Source of the DNA: Hemiscyllium ocellatum
Taxonomy: Eukaryota
Length of the DNA: 64,000 nucleotides
Assembly: GCF_020745735.1 (NCBI RefSeq)
Contig: NC_083449.1
Location: 2,888,923 to 2,952,922 of the forward strand
Direction of reading: 5' to 3'
The position numbers were made by a program, and so were the translations under genes. Below are positions 12,600 through 25,944 of the stretch, in pieces. The notes below the pieces were generated by a model. That model saw nothing but the letters and a program-made list of their open reading frames with translations. It searched no databases and was not told the origin of the DNA. Position 1 is the first letter of the stretch; each line of letters begins with the position of its first letter.

Positions 12600-13600
12600 A
12601 CAAATGTGTAAGTACGCTCACTCATTCACAGAACACAAACTGACAGTTACAGATACTTTCAGGTACAGATGCACTCATCCATACATATAGTTGAAGCTGT
12701 CAGGGATAGACTGATGATTGCAGAAACTGTCAGATACAGATTGAAATCTGCACTCAAACATTCACATTGCAGAAACTGACCGGTACATTTTGATAACACA
12801 CCCACATTCCCAGAGCAGAATCTCACAGGTATATATTGATAACTACATTTTTACATTCACCTAGAACCTAATGAGGCAGATTGATAACTAAAATCACATT
12901 GACATAGCAAAAGCTGACAGGTAGAGACTGATAATACCACTCTCATATTCACACAGCAGAAACTGACAAGGGCAGATAAATAATTGGACTGTCATCACAT
13001 CACAGAAACTGACAGGGAGAGATAGATGACTAGACAGTCATATTTAAATTGGAGAAACTGATGGACAGATCAATAACGACACTTCCATATTCACAGATCA
13101 AAAACTGACAGGTACAAATGGATAGGCAAAGCTGAGGACTGCAGATGCTGGAGATTAGAGTCAGGAGTGTGGTACTGCAAAAGTACAAGTCAGAAAGCAT
13201 CCAAGGAGCAGGAGAGTCGACGTTTGGTTTAAAAGCCCTTCATCAGTACAGATGGATAACTACACCAATACATTTACACCGAAGAAACTGACAGAAAAAG
13301 AATGATAACTAAACTCATGCATTCCTGTCGCTGAAAGCAACAGGTACATTTCAATCTGGACCCCCACATGTTCACTTCGCAGAAGATGGCAGGTTGACAT
13401 TGATAACTACGTTCATATTTTAACAATGCAGAAACTGACATGGACGATTGATTAAACTGTCCCATTTGAGAGTAGAAACCAACAGGTATAGGGTGAGAAA
13501 TTCACATAGGTATGCACATAGCAGAATCTTACTGGGAAAGGGTGATACCTATACTCTCATATTCAAATAGCAGAAGCTTAGAGATGCAGATTGATAGGCT
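12600..13600 (+). repeat. Degenerate ~46-bp minisatellite (approx. TTCACATAGCAGAAACTGACAGGTACAGATTGATAACTACACTCA)
   Basis: Recurring GAAACTGACAG...GATAAC at ~45-48-nt spacing; also 56300-57310, 32300-32815 and remnants at ~2390, ~8300, ~25470. Confidence 0.8.
13128..13247 (-). mobile_element. Decayed PLE terminal-repeat element (duplicated at ~56818-56937)
   Basis: Minus strand CTGATGAAGGGC...CAAACGTCGA...GATGCT. Confidence 0.65.
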
Positions 13601-14705
13601 CTCATTGTACGTATAAAATGGTTGGGTATATTTTCATTGGAGTTTTGAAGAACAATGGATGACCTTTAGAGCAAAATAAAAATTATCTGAAGGGAGTTGA
13701 CAGATTTGATGCTGGGGGTATGTCACTGCTCATGAGAGAATCCCAAGTGAGGGACACTGTTTTGAACAGGAAGCCTTCTGTCTAAGAAAGCAATGCAGAA
13801 CATTGTCCCTTTATTCTGTTCCACAGAGAGCAGTTAGGGTTGAGTTATCAGCTTAATTTATGCTCATGTAGCTATATATCTTTATTGATACATCAGGGAG
13901 TTTTTGGTTTTGGGTACTAAACATCAAAATGAGATGAAGACCATAACTAAAGTCTTTGTGATCTGTTCTCAGGACAGAGTACGCACATGCAGATAGAAAT
14001 GTCACAGAATTCTCAAGCTTCTTATGGTCTTCTGCTTTGAGGTATTTAAAGTGACAGAAGATTGAAAGAAGTTAATAACTACAGCATAGACACTGTATCT
14101 GCAGCATCATTCACTATACACTTTATCTTTAACTTACTGATGTGTGTGTGCTCACAGATCAATTCAGTTATAAGTTACCCTGATGTATCAAGGATGGAGT
14201 GAAAGAAAACCACCCATTTCATCAGAAACTTTGAGATGTTGAGATATTTGCTCTCTGTCATGCCAGTAATTGACTGATACTGAGTAAATACAAGATTAGA
14301 AAGAATAAACTGGCATTTATAGAATGAAATACTGAGTCAGTTGCAAAACAATAAAGCATTAGGATATAATACAAGTATTGATTAGCTCGAAACTGGCATA
14401 AACAATGTAACATCCGCAGTGATGTTGCAGATATTGTCAGTAACAATGTACATTATCCTTTATCAAAATGCTGCAGTTATAAATACAAACCCAAGTTCAA
14501 TTTGCAGAAGCTGATATTCATAGGGCATGGGAGTGAAGGGTAGTGAGTCCTACCTGAGTCTGTCCAAAGTGGTACATTTCACACCGACAGAGTAAAGCAA
14601 CAAGGTACACTTTGGAAGGTTTGAGTTACAGTCCAGTAACATACTGACATGTTAAGATCGTGAAGTAGAGTTTACAAAAATACATCTCAGAAACAGACCT
14701 GCACA

Positions 14706-14858
14706 GATTGGAGTCGAGAGTGTAGTCCTGGAAAAGCGCAGCATATCAGGCAGCATCCGAGGAGCAGGAGAATCGTTGTTTTAAGCATTAGCCCTTCATC
14801 TCGACGTTTTGGGCATAAGCCTCTGATCCCCGGCATCTGCAGTTCTCACTTTCTCCTG
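14706..14858. mobile_element. Rearranged PLE terminal-repeat fragments (duplicated at ~58426-58578)
   Basis: Same repeat family; flanked by direct repeats GCACAGATTGGAG. Confidence 0.55.
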
Positions 14859-15682
14859 GGGGCACAGATTGGAGGAATATTTCTAAGTGGCTGGCAAATA
14901 GTGTAACGTTTTACCGCTCACATCAGTGTTTGATGGTTACAGAATAAAACCGGTCTTGAAATAACACTGACTATTAGATGGAGGACCAGAGGCTCATTGG
15001 ACAGATGTTGAGTTAATGCAAAATGCGTAAATGACGACATGACAGATATAAAGTTCAAGTGACACATATATGTTTAGCATGCTGACAGTTGCTGGTTAAC
15101 AGGCATTAGCGTAAGACGGAGAAATGTTACAAATCCCTGCATGAAACTGCAAGACGCCTAATTGAAAAGTGCAGCAACGTGGTTCAGTTACACTGCAGGT
15201 ACTTTCAAAGCACCCAGTTATCGATACGTTTCTGGGCTGACAGTTATCAGTCAAGGTCTCAGAAATATATTCATCAATATATGACTCAAGAAAAGTATTC
15301 CATATAAACTTTTTCTTAAAATTTCTCCAACTCCGTGCAATTGGGAATGAGTTGGATCAACCCCAAGTGGAGAAATCATTCAGTCAGGTTCCAGTGGTAT
15401 GTGTAACTTGACAACAAATGTAATCGCAATTTCGAATGGATGAGAGCTTTTGTTCACACAGTGAAAAGTTCTGTGTTAATTCCATCCTATACAGAGGAAC
15501 AGAACAGACATGCGGAGCTAGAAACACATCAGCATAACAACGAGCAAAAGGAAACCGAGCCAATACCACAGTCACTTTCTGTATCGCAGACACAAAACAA
15601 ATCTCCCTCAGTCAGACTGACAGGAACAGAATCACGAGTCAATTCACGTTTCGTTGCAGATCCACATTGGATCTCACACTAA

Positions 15683-15789
15683 CCAATGAGAGAGACTCCG
15701 TGTTTGGGAATGACTCTGTGTAAACTACCCAATCATGAGCAAGGTTTTCCCATCCCTCATTAGCATTGAAACGCCTTCAGTCTATAAAA
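15683..15789 (+). promoter_or_regulatory. H2B promoter: CCAAT x2, octamer-like ATTAGCAT, TATAAAA
   Basis: CCAAT 15683 and 15729; ATTAGCAT 15759-15766 at the H2B-box position; TATAAAA 15783-15789. Confidence 0.8.
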
Positions 15790-15842
15790 GGGGAACTCCG
15801 AGCCCGCTTTGCCTTATTCGGTTTCTGAAAGTGAGCAGGACG

Positions 15843-16223
15843 ATGGCTGATGAGAAGAAAGCCCAGCAAACCTCCAAGAAGGGCGCGAAGAAAATCATTA
15901 AGAAGGCGCCAGCAAAGGGTGGCAGGAGGCGGAAAAGATCCAGGAGAGAAAGTTACTCCATCTACATCTACAAAGTGATGAAGCAGGTTCACCCTGACAC
16001 CGGCATCTCCTCCAAGGCCATGAGCATCATGAACTCGTTCGTCAACGATATTTTCGAGCGGATCGCGGGGGAGGCTTCCCGCCTGGCCCATTACAACAAG
16101 CGCAGCACCATCAGCTCCCGGGAGATCCAGACCGCCGTGCGGCTGCTGCTGCCCGGGGAGCTGGCCAAGCACGCCGTGTCGGAGGGCACAAAGGCGGTGA
16201 CCAAGTACACCAGCTCCAAGTGA
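15843..16223 (+). CDS. H2B: Histone H2B, replication-dependent type (126 aa, MADEKKAQQ...TKYTSSK)
   Basis: Canonical H2B fold ([25 protein letters not shown]...AVTKYTSSK). Intronless, with TATA upstream and a 3' stem-loop. The true ATG is at 15843; the ORF-track start lies upstream of the TATA box. Confidence 0.98.
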   Translation: MADEKKAQQTSKKGAKKIIKKAPAKGGRRRKRSRRESYSIYIYKVMKQVHPDTGISSKAMSIMNSFVNDIFERIAGEASRLAHYNKRSTISSREIQTAVRLLLPGELAKHAVSEGTKAVTKYTSSK

Positions 16224-16264
16224 AGGACCGCACTGCACTGAAACACACACATCCACAACCCAAA

Positions 16265-16280
16265 GGCTCTTATAAGAGCC
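16265..16280 (+). terminator. Histone 3' stem-loop of H2B copy 1 (GGCTCT-TATA-AGAGCC)
   Basis: 6-bp stem flanked by CCCAAA and ACCCA; purine-rich HDE-like GAGACAGCTG at ~16296-16305. Confidence 0.92.
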
Positions 16281-17053
16281 ACCCACAACATCCCTGAGAC
16301 AGCTGGACCATTTCTTTAAGAATTGTTTGTTTTAGTTCGTGATTATTGATCGAGCAATTTAACTTCTCCCGCTGTATGTTTTTGAGTTAATAAGTGCTTT
16401 TTTGTAAATTATTAGGGAGTGGGGTGGACGAGAGCAGATCAGGCGCCAGTGAGTCATTTTTCATGGTGTTTACCCCTGGCAGAAAAATGCCCACGTCTTT
16501 CACCCCCACGTTGATGCATTTTACCTTCTGATTTACTTTACATTTCCAGTGCGCGGGTTCGATCCGACTTTTCGCTCTACCAAATAACACTTCATGCTGT
16601 CGGTGCGAACTTCCAAAGCGAACCAAGAGAACATCAACACAGCTACCGGACAGAAACGTGGAGCTTTTGCTGAATCTGATCGAGAGCGATAATGGAGGAC
16701 GGCTTTAAAATATCGCCTGAAGAAAAACGTGTTCGCCCTCGATGCTGAGCCGGAAGAATGCTGTGTGCTGTTTTTCAGCATATCAGGGTGGGATTGAAAT
16801 GTGAAAAGGAAAGACAGGTTGCAGACTGCTGTGTTTGACTTGTTTAGTTTCAGCTTCTTTCTTAAGGTTTAGAAAATAAACCGCTCTCAAGATCAGAAAT
16901 GGACAGATACAGATCGGCAAATGAGGGAGAGTAAGACTGTGTGAAGTACACATTTGTAAACTAAAAGAAAATAGCATGTGTATTAATATTTTTTCAACTT
17001 CCTCCGTTTTTTGTACTTCATTTATCAAGTAAAACATACTGCTTTGTTTAGAA

Positions 17054-17683
<630 letters not shown>

Positions 17684-17713
17684 AGAGATCATCCTTGAAT
17701 CTGACGGCCCAAA

Positions 17714-17729
17714 GGCTCTTTTAAGAGCC
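17714..17729 (+). terminator. Histone 3' stem-loop of H2A copy 1 (GGCTCT-TTTA-AGAGCC)
   Basis: Canonical motif; HDE-like GAAAGGAACTG at ~17745-17755. Confidence 0.95.
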
Positions 17730-18376
17730 ACTCACAGCATCTGTGAAAGGAACTGAACTCTGTCGGGTTGAATTACTTTCCTTTATATCTAGCCGTTATA
17801 CCTAACATTGCTACATTTATATCTCCTTTTCATTGGATATTGTTCCTGGCGGTGGCAGCAGAGGAAGATTATAGCATTGAATACGACTATAAGAGTGCCT
17901 GGAACTACTCTATTCCTCATTGCACGGTCACTTCCTCAGTAACCTTTATGTTTGATCAATGAGTCTAGAATAGTGTCACGGATGTTCCCGATCGGGTTTG
18001 GCTTCACGTTTCCTTTAATGCATCAATAAGAGCTGAATTCTCCCACTCTGTCGCTGCAGCATACACCTCTTCAATCCAATCCATTCTCAGCTCGGTTCAT
18101 TTCAACCCCCCACACCTTACAATTACAAAGATGCGATTCTTTACATGGAATAACCAGCTTTTTAAAATCATTCGCCACTGTAAACAGCAACAAAGTTAAC
18201 AGTGCAGTACGAATGCTCTCTGCCGTACCGCAAAACACGATAGTGGTACATTTTCGAAACCGAAATAATTTTAAAAGTCGCGATAAATGTGAAATAACCT
18301 GCTACAATAACAGTTCCTTCAGTATGCGCTGCCTCTCACGACCTCAGGTCTCCGCTCTTTGTCGGAGGGTTTGGGT

Positions 18377-18392
18377 GGCTCTGAAAAGAGCC
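18377..18392 (-). terminator. Histone 3' stem-loop of H4 copy 1 (GGCTCT-TTTC-AGAGCC)
   Basis: Canonical motif on minus strand; HDE-like AAAGAGCG at ~18353-18360. Confidence 0.96.
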
Positions 18393-18424
18393 TTTGGGTT
18401 CGCTGAAAATGGGTCGCTTTGTCC

Positions 18425-18745
<321 letters not shown>

Positions 18746-18792
18746 TTACTCCAATCGCTGCCGAATGAGAGCCGAGCTGCCTCCCCTTCTTA

Positions 18793-18822
18793 TTTTATAC
18801 AGCCCGGCCCGACCTGACTGAG
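18793..18822 (-). promoter_or_regulatory. H4 promoter: TATAAAA and HINFP-like H4 element
   Basis: Minus strand TCAGTCAGGTCGG...TATAAAA, resembling the vertebrate H4 subtype element (TCA-N4-GGTCC). Confidence 0.65.
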
Positions 18823-18878
18823 AAAGAGCTGACAGAGAGTGAGAGGCGGGTCCGGAGACGAAACTGAGTGACAGACAG

Positions 18879-19275
18879 ATCATCCAGCTCACTCCAGCCC
18901 CAACTGCATCTGGGACTGAACCTTTTCTCCCCAAAGCTGACTGTTCCTGAGTGGAGGAGCGCATGCGTGAGGCCCTCCCCCAGCGCTGCCATTGAGGAGC
19001 ATTTACTCAGTGAGTACAAGAGGTTTGTTTGAACCAGACCGCAATGGAGAGATCAGCGCCCAGGGAAGCGAGGGAACAGCAGGCTCCTTCCAGCAGCACA
19101 TCGGGATGGGAGCCTGGGACACAGAGGGGACTCAGAGACCGGGACTGATTCGGGGTGAGTTCAGGGAGAACCGGGGGCTGTTTGTAAGAGGCCGAGCGGA
19201 GCAGGAACTGGTCCCGGAACTTGGAGTGAGCGGGCTGGGGGGGAAGAGAGAGGCCTTTCTCGGGCTGTGTGTGGT
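18879..19275 (+). promoter_or_regulatory. Conserved GC-rich promoter/first-exon block, copy 2, head-to-head with H4
   Basis: NRF1-like motif 18959-18968; donor at 19010. Confidence 0.6.
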
Positions 19276-20313
19276 CCTGCTGTGGGAGATTCGTGCGGTT
19301 TACAATCCTCTGAACCCTGTTTTAATTTCCATCTGTTTCCTGCCCTTCCTTGAATTTAGGTGGACCAACTGTAGGAATGTGATACTCTTGTAAAAAAAAC
19401 ATACATTGGAGTCTTAGTAAAAACATTACAAATAGCGCCGTTTTTCCTCTTTCGAGCAGGTAGTTGGGGAGTTGGATATTGAACTGTGTAAACGTGCTGG
19501 TGGTTGAGTATTCCCATTCATGGTACTGGGCAGTTGTTGCTCAGTTTCTGGATCTCACTCAACTAATATCAAGTTAAAAATCACAAAACCAGGTTATAGT
19601 CCAACAGTTTTTTTGGAAGCACTTGATGTGTAACATTATGCACCAGCATCTCCAAATCAACTGGTATCGAACCACACGAAAAACAAACACAAACCCCAGA
19701 CAGAGAGCAGCTTAGGGCAACAATGGAATCAGATCCGTGGTTCTGGTAAAATTGTTGGCTTTAAAAAAACACACACACATCCTAATTAATATGTAATAAA
19801 TGTGACAATGATCAGTTCAATATTGCCAGACTAGTCTCTTGTTGATTTGTAGGTGGTGTCCCTGTGTCTTCCTCCAGAAAAACACCTGAGGGACTAAGAC
19901 GCTATAAAACTTCCTCAGTTCAAATCACAGAGTAACCAGCTGTCTCCAACAAACGGAAGGTATGTAGCCCATTGACATTTACACACCAGTGTTGGAGGTA
20001 GATATACTGAGTTCTCCTCTAAAATAGACGTTCAGGAATAGCATTAAAATCTGCAGTTATTAAGAGCATTTTCAAAGTTACAATGAAGATAGGCAACATT
20101 GTTGCATCGTTTCAACGACCATCTGTGAAGTAGGGCTTAAGTACAGAGATGGAGGGAAACTGCTCACCAACAGGGCAAGAGTTACTGAAGAGTCGTTGAG
20201 TCACAGAGACAGAGAGCATGCCCTTCGGTCCAACTTGTCCAGATATCCTAACCTAATCTGGTCCCATTTGCCAGCACTTACCCCATCTCCCTCTAAACCC
20301 TTCCTGTTCATAT

Positions 20314-21452
20314 TGTTAAAGTACAGATTTGAGATGCCCCAGGGAACCACTCGTGGACTCAGACCTATAAGCCTCGTCCTGGAGATCCTGGTTCGTCCTG
20401 GAGATCGTACTATTTGGTAGTCTGGAATAAAAACCTCTGACAAACAGTTTAGCTCAATTTTAGCCTTGCTCTTTATTTACCAATAGCATCCCTGTTACAA
20501 CGTAACATTGACACCTAAAACCTCAGAAGAGTAGGATACTAGCTCTTCCTTTAAGAGCCCTCGCAGACTACTCCACTCTTTTATCTCAAATAGGCTTCCT
20601 TTTTACAAAATTTTACAATAAACTCTGCATGTTTTTAATTAGATAGATAGTGGAAAGGCAATAATTTGTAAGGAAGAGAAGTTAAGCGCTTAACCGATCA
20701 CTCCTGTAGGCCCTTAGCCATCCATCAGGTGGGAAAACAGATCCAGCTGAGTCAGTACCTGTTGGTGAGGTAAGTCCCTGTCTAAACTAAGTGGGAGAGG
20801 GCATAAGGTAACCTTGCACAGCTTGCATGTCAGATATCATTGTTTTACATAATGGCATCTTAGTGAGGAGGGCAAGCTTTGACCATAAAATGGCTTCCTG
20901 ACAGATTGTGTCAGAATCTCTTTAATGATCAGTTTAGAATAATTTTTAAGCTAGGAGCAGACTCCTGCTTTTTATCTTAAACACAAAATCATTCCGTACC
21001 TGAGGCTGAAAGGTTACATTTTAGAGTTTGCATTTTATAATCAGCGATGGCTTCATCTCACTCACTCTCACACACACAATAAGAACCCATTATAATTGAC
21101 AGGACCTGACTGTTTATTACAAGGCTTTTGGCATGCTTCTGAGACGACACCGAGTTTCCGAGATCACGATCAAACATTGTCATTAATTTCATAAGCTAAC
21201 ATCCGTGAATGTTATCACTCTGTGTTTTTCTTTTTACACAGATTCATTGATGTTAAGGCAAATGTTCTTAATTGCTTGAGAGCATCCTGTTGTCACTTGG
21301 TGAGAACAGATGTTTTTTATCTTCTGCAGGTTCTAGGTTCCCCTTTTGTGGCCTGATGCCTCCCTGCCTGTCCTGTTTATTTTCTTGTGTTCTATAATTC
21401 AACATTACATTTAATCTAAGTATTTAAGGGCAACTTTCAAGACTTCCTTATT
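20314..21452. mobile_element. Unclassified ~1.1-kb insertion (possible solo LTR) splitting a CR1 3' fragment
   Basis: CR1 sequence stops at ...TTCATAT and resumes at TACCCAC...; insert begins TGTT; no clear TSD. Confidence 0.4.
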
Positions 21453-23335
21453 ATACCCACTCAGATGCCTTTTAAATGTTGTAATTTTACCAGGCTCCAC
21501 CACTTCTCCGTGCGCCTTATGATTTTATAAACTTCTATAAGGTCACTCTCCAGGGAAAACAGTTCCAGCCTATTCAGCCTCTGCCTATAGCTCAAATTCT
21601 CCAGCTGAGATGAATTATATTTCCACTGAGTATGTGTGACTGAGAAGGACAGAATTAATCCTTGACTGAATAGTTGTCACATATAGAGGTGACAATTAAA
21701 TAATGTGAATTTCAAACACACAATCTATGCAGGTAGCTCATCTCCTACTTGCAATATGTCCTTTCTATAACCCACTGGCAATCCAACTTGATAAACTTCT
21801 GCCCATTTCTCATCTGCCTGAATGTGATGTTCTCCATTTCCTCATTAAGATATCATTTTTACGATAATAACATTCAGGGATACATTTGGATTCATTTTGT
21901 GTATGCCTTTTGATACAATTGCTTTAAATTTTGGTCTTTTTGCAGTAACTCAGTTAATTTACCTGAGCTAAAGATGTCTGCTTTGTCGTCTCTGTGCCTG
22001 GTTTGTCTCAGCCATCTGATCAAACTAATTTGCTAATCTGCTAATTTCCCTTCAACTTCCTTATCTGTATTCTTTGATCTTTTCTGCTTCAACTGGTGCC
22101 ATTGTGACCTCGTAACCACAGTCAGGAAACATCCTGCAATAGTTCAGTTGCCTGAATTTCCATTGGCTTTTCAGCCACAGTCGGCAGCACTCCTATCGGT
22201 GAATCAGCAACATCACTACCAACAACAAATTGTATTCCTGGAGCTAAGCTTTTGTCTAGTACTCCGACTATGACTTTTCCCCTCTTCACTAGGCACTCTA
22301 ACCTCACATCTTTTTTACTCTAACCTCACATCTTACAACTGTGTATTTCTTGTCTCTATGTGAATTCCTGTTACTCATAACTTTTCTGGCAATAGTCCTT
22401 CAGAGGTACATATATCCACATCTTTTAGCATCACAGATTGAGAGGATCCTTCTATCTCTTAGTATTGTTACCTCTTTACCTGCTGCTTCTGGCCTATGTG
22501 AGTAAACTTTAGTTTCACAGTGTATGGTTTAAGAAGATCTGGCACTTCCTCTATAAGCAACCTCTGACCAGCTTGTACATCTTGGTACAGCTTTCTAGTC
22601 TCCATAGTGCTCTCTGTTACCACTCCAACAAAATTCACTGGCTTATCCTGTTTTCCTACATCTGGCTTCTCGGGGCATTTCCTAACCCACCAACACTGAT
22701 TTCACGTGGCCTACTTTATTGAAAACATCAGAGCTTTTTCACTTCTCTTTCCTTATGATCTTCACAGAGATCTACGTTTTACTTTCCACGTGAGAATTTC
22801 TCTTATCCACAATTATTATCCCACAGAGTGAAATTGATTTTGGCAGCCTAATTTTGATTTATTGATCAACTCAATCATCAGCCATTTCTGATGCCAGTCT
22901 TGCTGTTTCAACACTCTGCTCTTCCACATGAGTTCTCATTAATTCAGGAAGCAAACTTTTGAACTCCTGTCTAAGTGCCAATTTCTGATGTTCAAACTCC
23001 CTCTTTCTTCCTTTTCTCTCTCCTGCTTTTAATTGTAATTCAAACGGTTTCATTTCTGTTGCCCTTTCCTTGATTTTTGCTTCTAACTCCAGTTGCTTCA
23101 TTTTCAATTGAATGTTAGCCACTCTAAAGATTCTGATGCCATTTCCAGCCATTACCTGTTGAGCTATTACTGTCATTATCGCCCTTTTCCTTGTGGATGG
23201 AGGCCGGTTGAGTCCAAGCTTGTCGGCTAATTCCAGCAACTTGGCCTTAATCACTTTTTTGCAAAAATCTGAAGTCACTTCTCCCACCCCCTAGAAAACT
23301 CTTGATGACTCAGAGCCATTTCTATCCCTAGCACT

Positions 23336-23466
23336 ATTTCCTGATGAAGGGCTGATGCCCAAAACATTGATTCTCCTACTCCTCAGATGCTGCCTGACCT
23401 GCTGTGCTTTTTCAGCACCACATTCTTGTCACCGATCTCCAGCATCCACAGCCCTCACTTTTTCCA
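23336..23466 (+). mobile_element. Short PLE terminal-repeat element with decayed hammerhead, inserted in LTR element
   Basis: CTGATGAAGGGC..GCCCAAAAC; AGCACT direct repeats 23330-23335 and 23467-23472; absent from paralog at ~6440. Confidence 0.7.
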
Positions 23467-23925
23467 AGCACTGTTAAAAGCATTTAAATTTAACACTCAG
23501 AACAAGACACTAAGACTTACCAGTCACTATCTTCAAGTCCAACAACCTGAATCCCAAATCAGAACTACACTACAGAATAAAACTCTGCAAACAGCCCCCA
23601 ATCTGTTATGGAAAAGGCCAGACCCCCCTTCAAGAAAGTAACCCAGACCCCAACTTTGCTAGTTGTTTTAAGCAGGTGTAATGAAGATATTCTAGGAGGG
23701 ATGCAGCTGGTCAAACAACGTAGTTTTAAACAAAGCAGTATTGATTTCAAAAATTACCAAATGATACACAAAAGAGAACAGAATATTGAATTACTTAACA
23801 AATCCAAAAACCCAACTGATTACACCAACTTAATTAATGATGGTGTTTCCAAAATTTAAAACAATCCCCATAAGCACCCCTTGGCACAAAAGGTCAAATC
23901 CAACACAGGGTCTTACAAGGGGGAT

Positions 23926-23928
<3 letters not shown>

Positions 23929-23996
<68 letters not shown>
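23929..23996 (+). repeat. (GA)n(GACA)n microsatellite within LTR; shorter paralog at 6922-6946
   Basis: Direct reading. Confidence 0.95.
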
Positions 23997-24253
23997 TATG
24001 GACCAGCTTCTTTGGGTTCAGCAGCTTTTTCAACTGCCTGACTGCTTTCAGTCAATAGCCAGACAGCCAAAAACCGAATCAAACCAGAGAAAAGCTGAGC
24101 TGGGAAAACTGAGCCACTTATTTAAAAATGTGGAAGCTTTTTGCCTGAGGCTTTACCTGTCAGCTAAAATCAAAATAGCCCTAAAACCCGTTGACTCAGT
24201 CTTTTTGGAGCCGGTGATTTTTATAAGCTTGTTAAAGGAGCAGTATCATCACA

Positions 24254-25465
24254 GCAGACTGGTCCAAGAAGTAAAAGACCATGGGATACAGGGTAATGTG
24301 TTGAATTGGATCCAGAGTTGGCTCAGTCACAGGAAAGAAAGGATAATGGTCAATGGTGGCCATTGTGAATGGAAAGCTGTTACAAGCAGTAGTCTGCATG
24401 GCTCAGTGTTGGAACCGCTGCCATTTGTTTTATACATTAATGATTTGGAGTTGTATATGGTGGGCAGATTCGTGAAATTTGCAGACAACACAAAAAATGG
24501 CATATAGAGGATAGCTGTAAGCTCCAAAACTATACAGATGGTTTGGTGGAGTGGGCAGGAAAGTGGCAGATGGAGTTCAGCTCTGATAAGTATCAGGGAA
24601 AGCAAGTTGGGAAGTCAGACAATAAATGGGAATATACTGAGGGGACAGGTTAAGTGAGAGAATTTGGTGTGCAAGTGCACAGGTTCCTAAAGTGGGTAGG
24701 GTCGTATGGAAGGCACATGGAATGTTCTTCTTGATTGGCAGAGGGATAGAACACAAATGTAGGGAAATAACAATGAAAATGTATGAGGCACAGGTGGCTA
24801 TAGCAGGAGTATTGTGTGCAGTTGGGTCACCACATCACAGGAAGGACATCATTGCTCTGGAGAGAATGCAGAGGAGATTTACTAGAATGTTGCCAGGGCT
24901 GGTGAATTGTGGCTATCGGGAGAGGTTGGGGTTGTGTTCCTAGGAACAGAGGTGCCATGATTAAGGAATACAGGGTGACCCCCATATCCCCAGGTCCGGT
25001 TATCCCAGTTTCACTGACCTGTGGTTTACTGTCGTTCGAGCATATAAAAGGGAATGTTTCAGATCAAGGGACCAGGAAGCTGCCGGGAACGTATATTTCC
25101 ATTTAAATTAATGGGTTCATACCTATATACAGATTTGGGCTTCCTCCATAGGTCCTGGAATGTATCCCCCACGGGGACGGGGTGGGGGGGTTTACAGTAC
25201 TAAATAGTGAGCGAGCTGATGAAGGAGGAGCACTCTCTGAAAGCATGCACTTCCAAATAAACCTGTTGAACTATAACCTGGTGTTGAGTGATTTTTAACT
25301 AATTAGTGAGAGGGAGATAGTAGAATAGACAGGAAGAACCTATTTTCTTTGGCAGAGAGTTCAAAAACCAGGGGTCACAGATTCAAGCTAAGTGGCTGTA
25401 GGATTGGTTGATAAATGAGGAAAAATGTTGCTCATGCAGAGAGTGGTGGGTATCTGGAATTCGCT
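24254..25465 (+). mobile_element. CR1-type LINE fragment, paralog of 7223-8205
   Basis: GSVLEPLPF..KFADNTK; LERMQRRFTRMLPGL. Confidence 0.8.
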
Positions 25466-25944
25466 ACCTAGCAGGAACAGACAGGTATAGATCACTAGCT
25501 AAACTCACATATCCACATAGTCACTTGCATCAGGTGGCCCCATTCATGGAGCTCTGTCTTCTCCTCTGTCTTCCTCCAGGCAAGTACTCAAAGGACCAAG
25601 ACAATGTAATATTCCCTCAGTGCAGAGCCAAGTGTGACCAGCTGCTTTGAACAAACAGCAGGTATGTTACTGTGATCAGAGTGAAGAAACATCCTTTCCA
25701 CAGTCACAGTGGATTGAGTCAGACTCACATTGAGCTCATTTCCAGAGAGATATGTTCATACCAAGAGTCAAACACCACCAAGGAAGTAGAAGTTTATATT
25801 TTTTATCTATATTCTCAATGCATGCTACCCAGTTCCAATCAATTTGAAAAGAATCCTCATCCGAAATATACACTGCATTAAATCTGAACATTGAACCACT
25901 CTTCACTTTCTTCCTGTAAAGTGGCGACCATAATTGAAAATTCA

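Larger units (their letters stand above)
21710..24253 (-). mobile_element. Paralogous copy of the Gmr1/Gypsy-like relic (LTR ~23604-24253)
   Basis: ORF 22871-23287 similar to 5895-6444; PBS-like TGGGGGCT at ~23593-23600. Confidence 0.75.
18970..25661 (+). ncRNA. Putative spliced non-coding transcript, unit 2 (exons ~18970-19009, ~19460-19502, 19878-19959, 25580-25661)
   Basis: Paralogous to unit 1; 82-nt exons with CTTCCTCCAG acceptor and AG|GTATGT donor. Confidence 0.4.

Noticed and set aside
12600-13600. Repeat array as CRISPR-like
   Set aside because: Eukaryotic context, degenerate full-length units without unique spacers, no cas genes
15735-15842. N-terminal extensions of H2B/H2A/H4 in the ORF track
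   Set aside because: The H2B start lies upstream of the TATA box, the H2A start lies only ~15 nt after it, and the H4 start is a GTG; extensions differ between the H2B and H2A copies
23881-24507. 208-aa ORF with an ER repeat
   Set aside because: Chance read-through of a GA microsatellite, LTR and CR1 sequence
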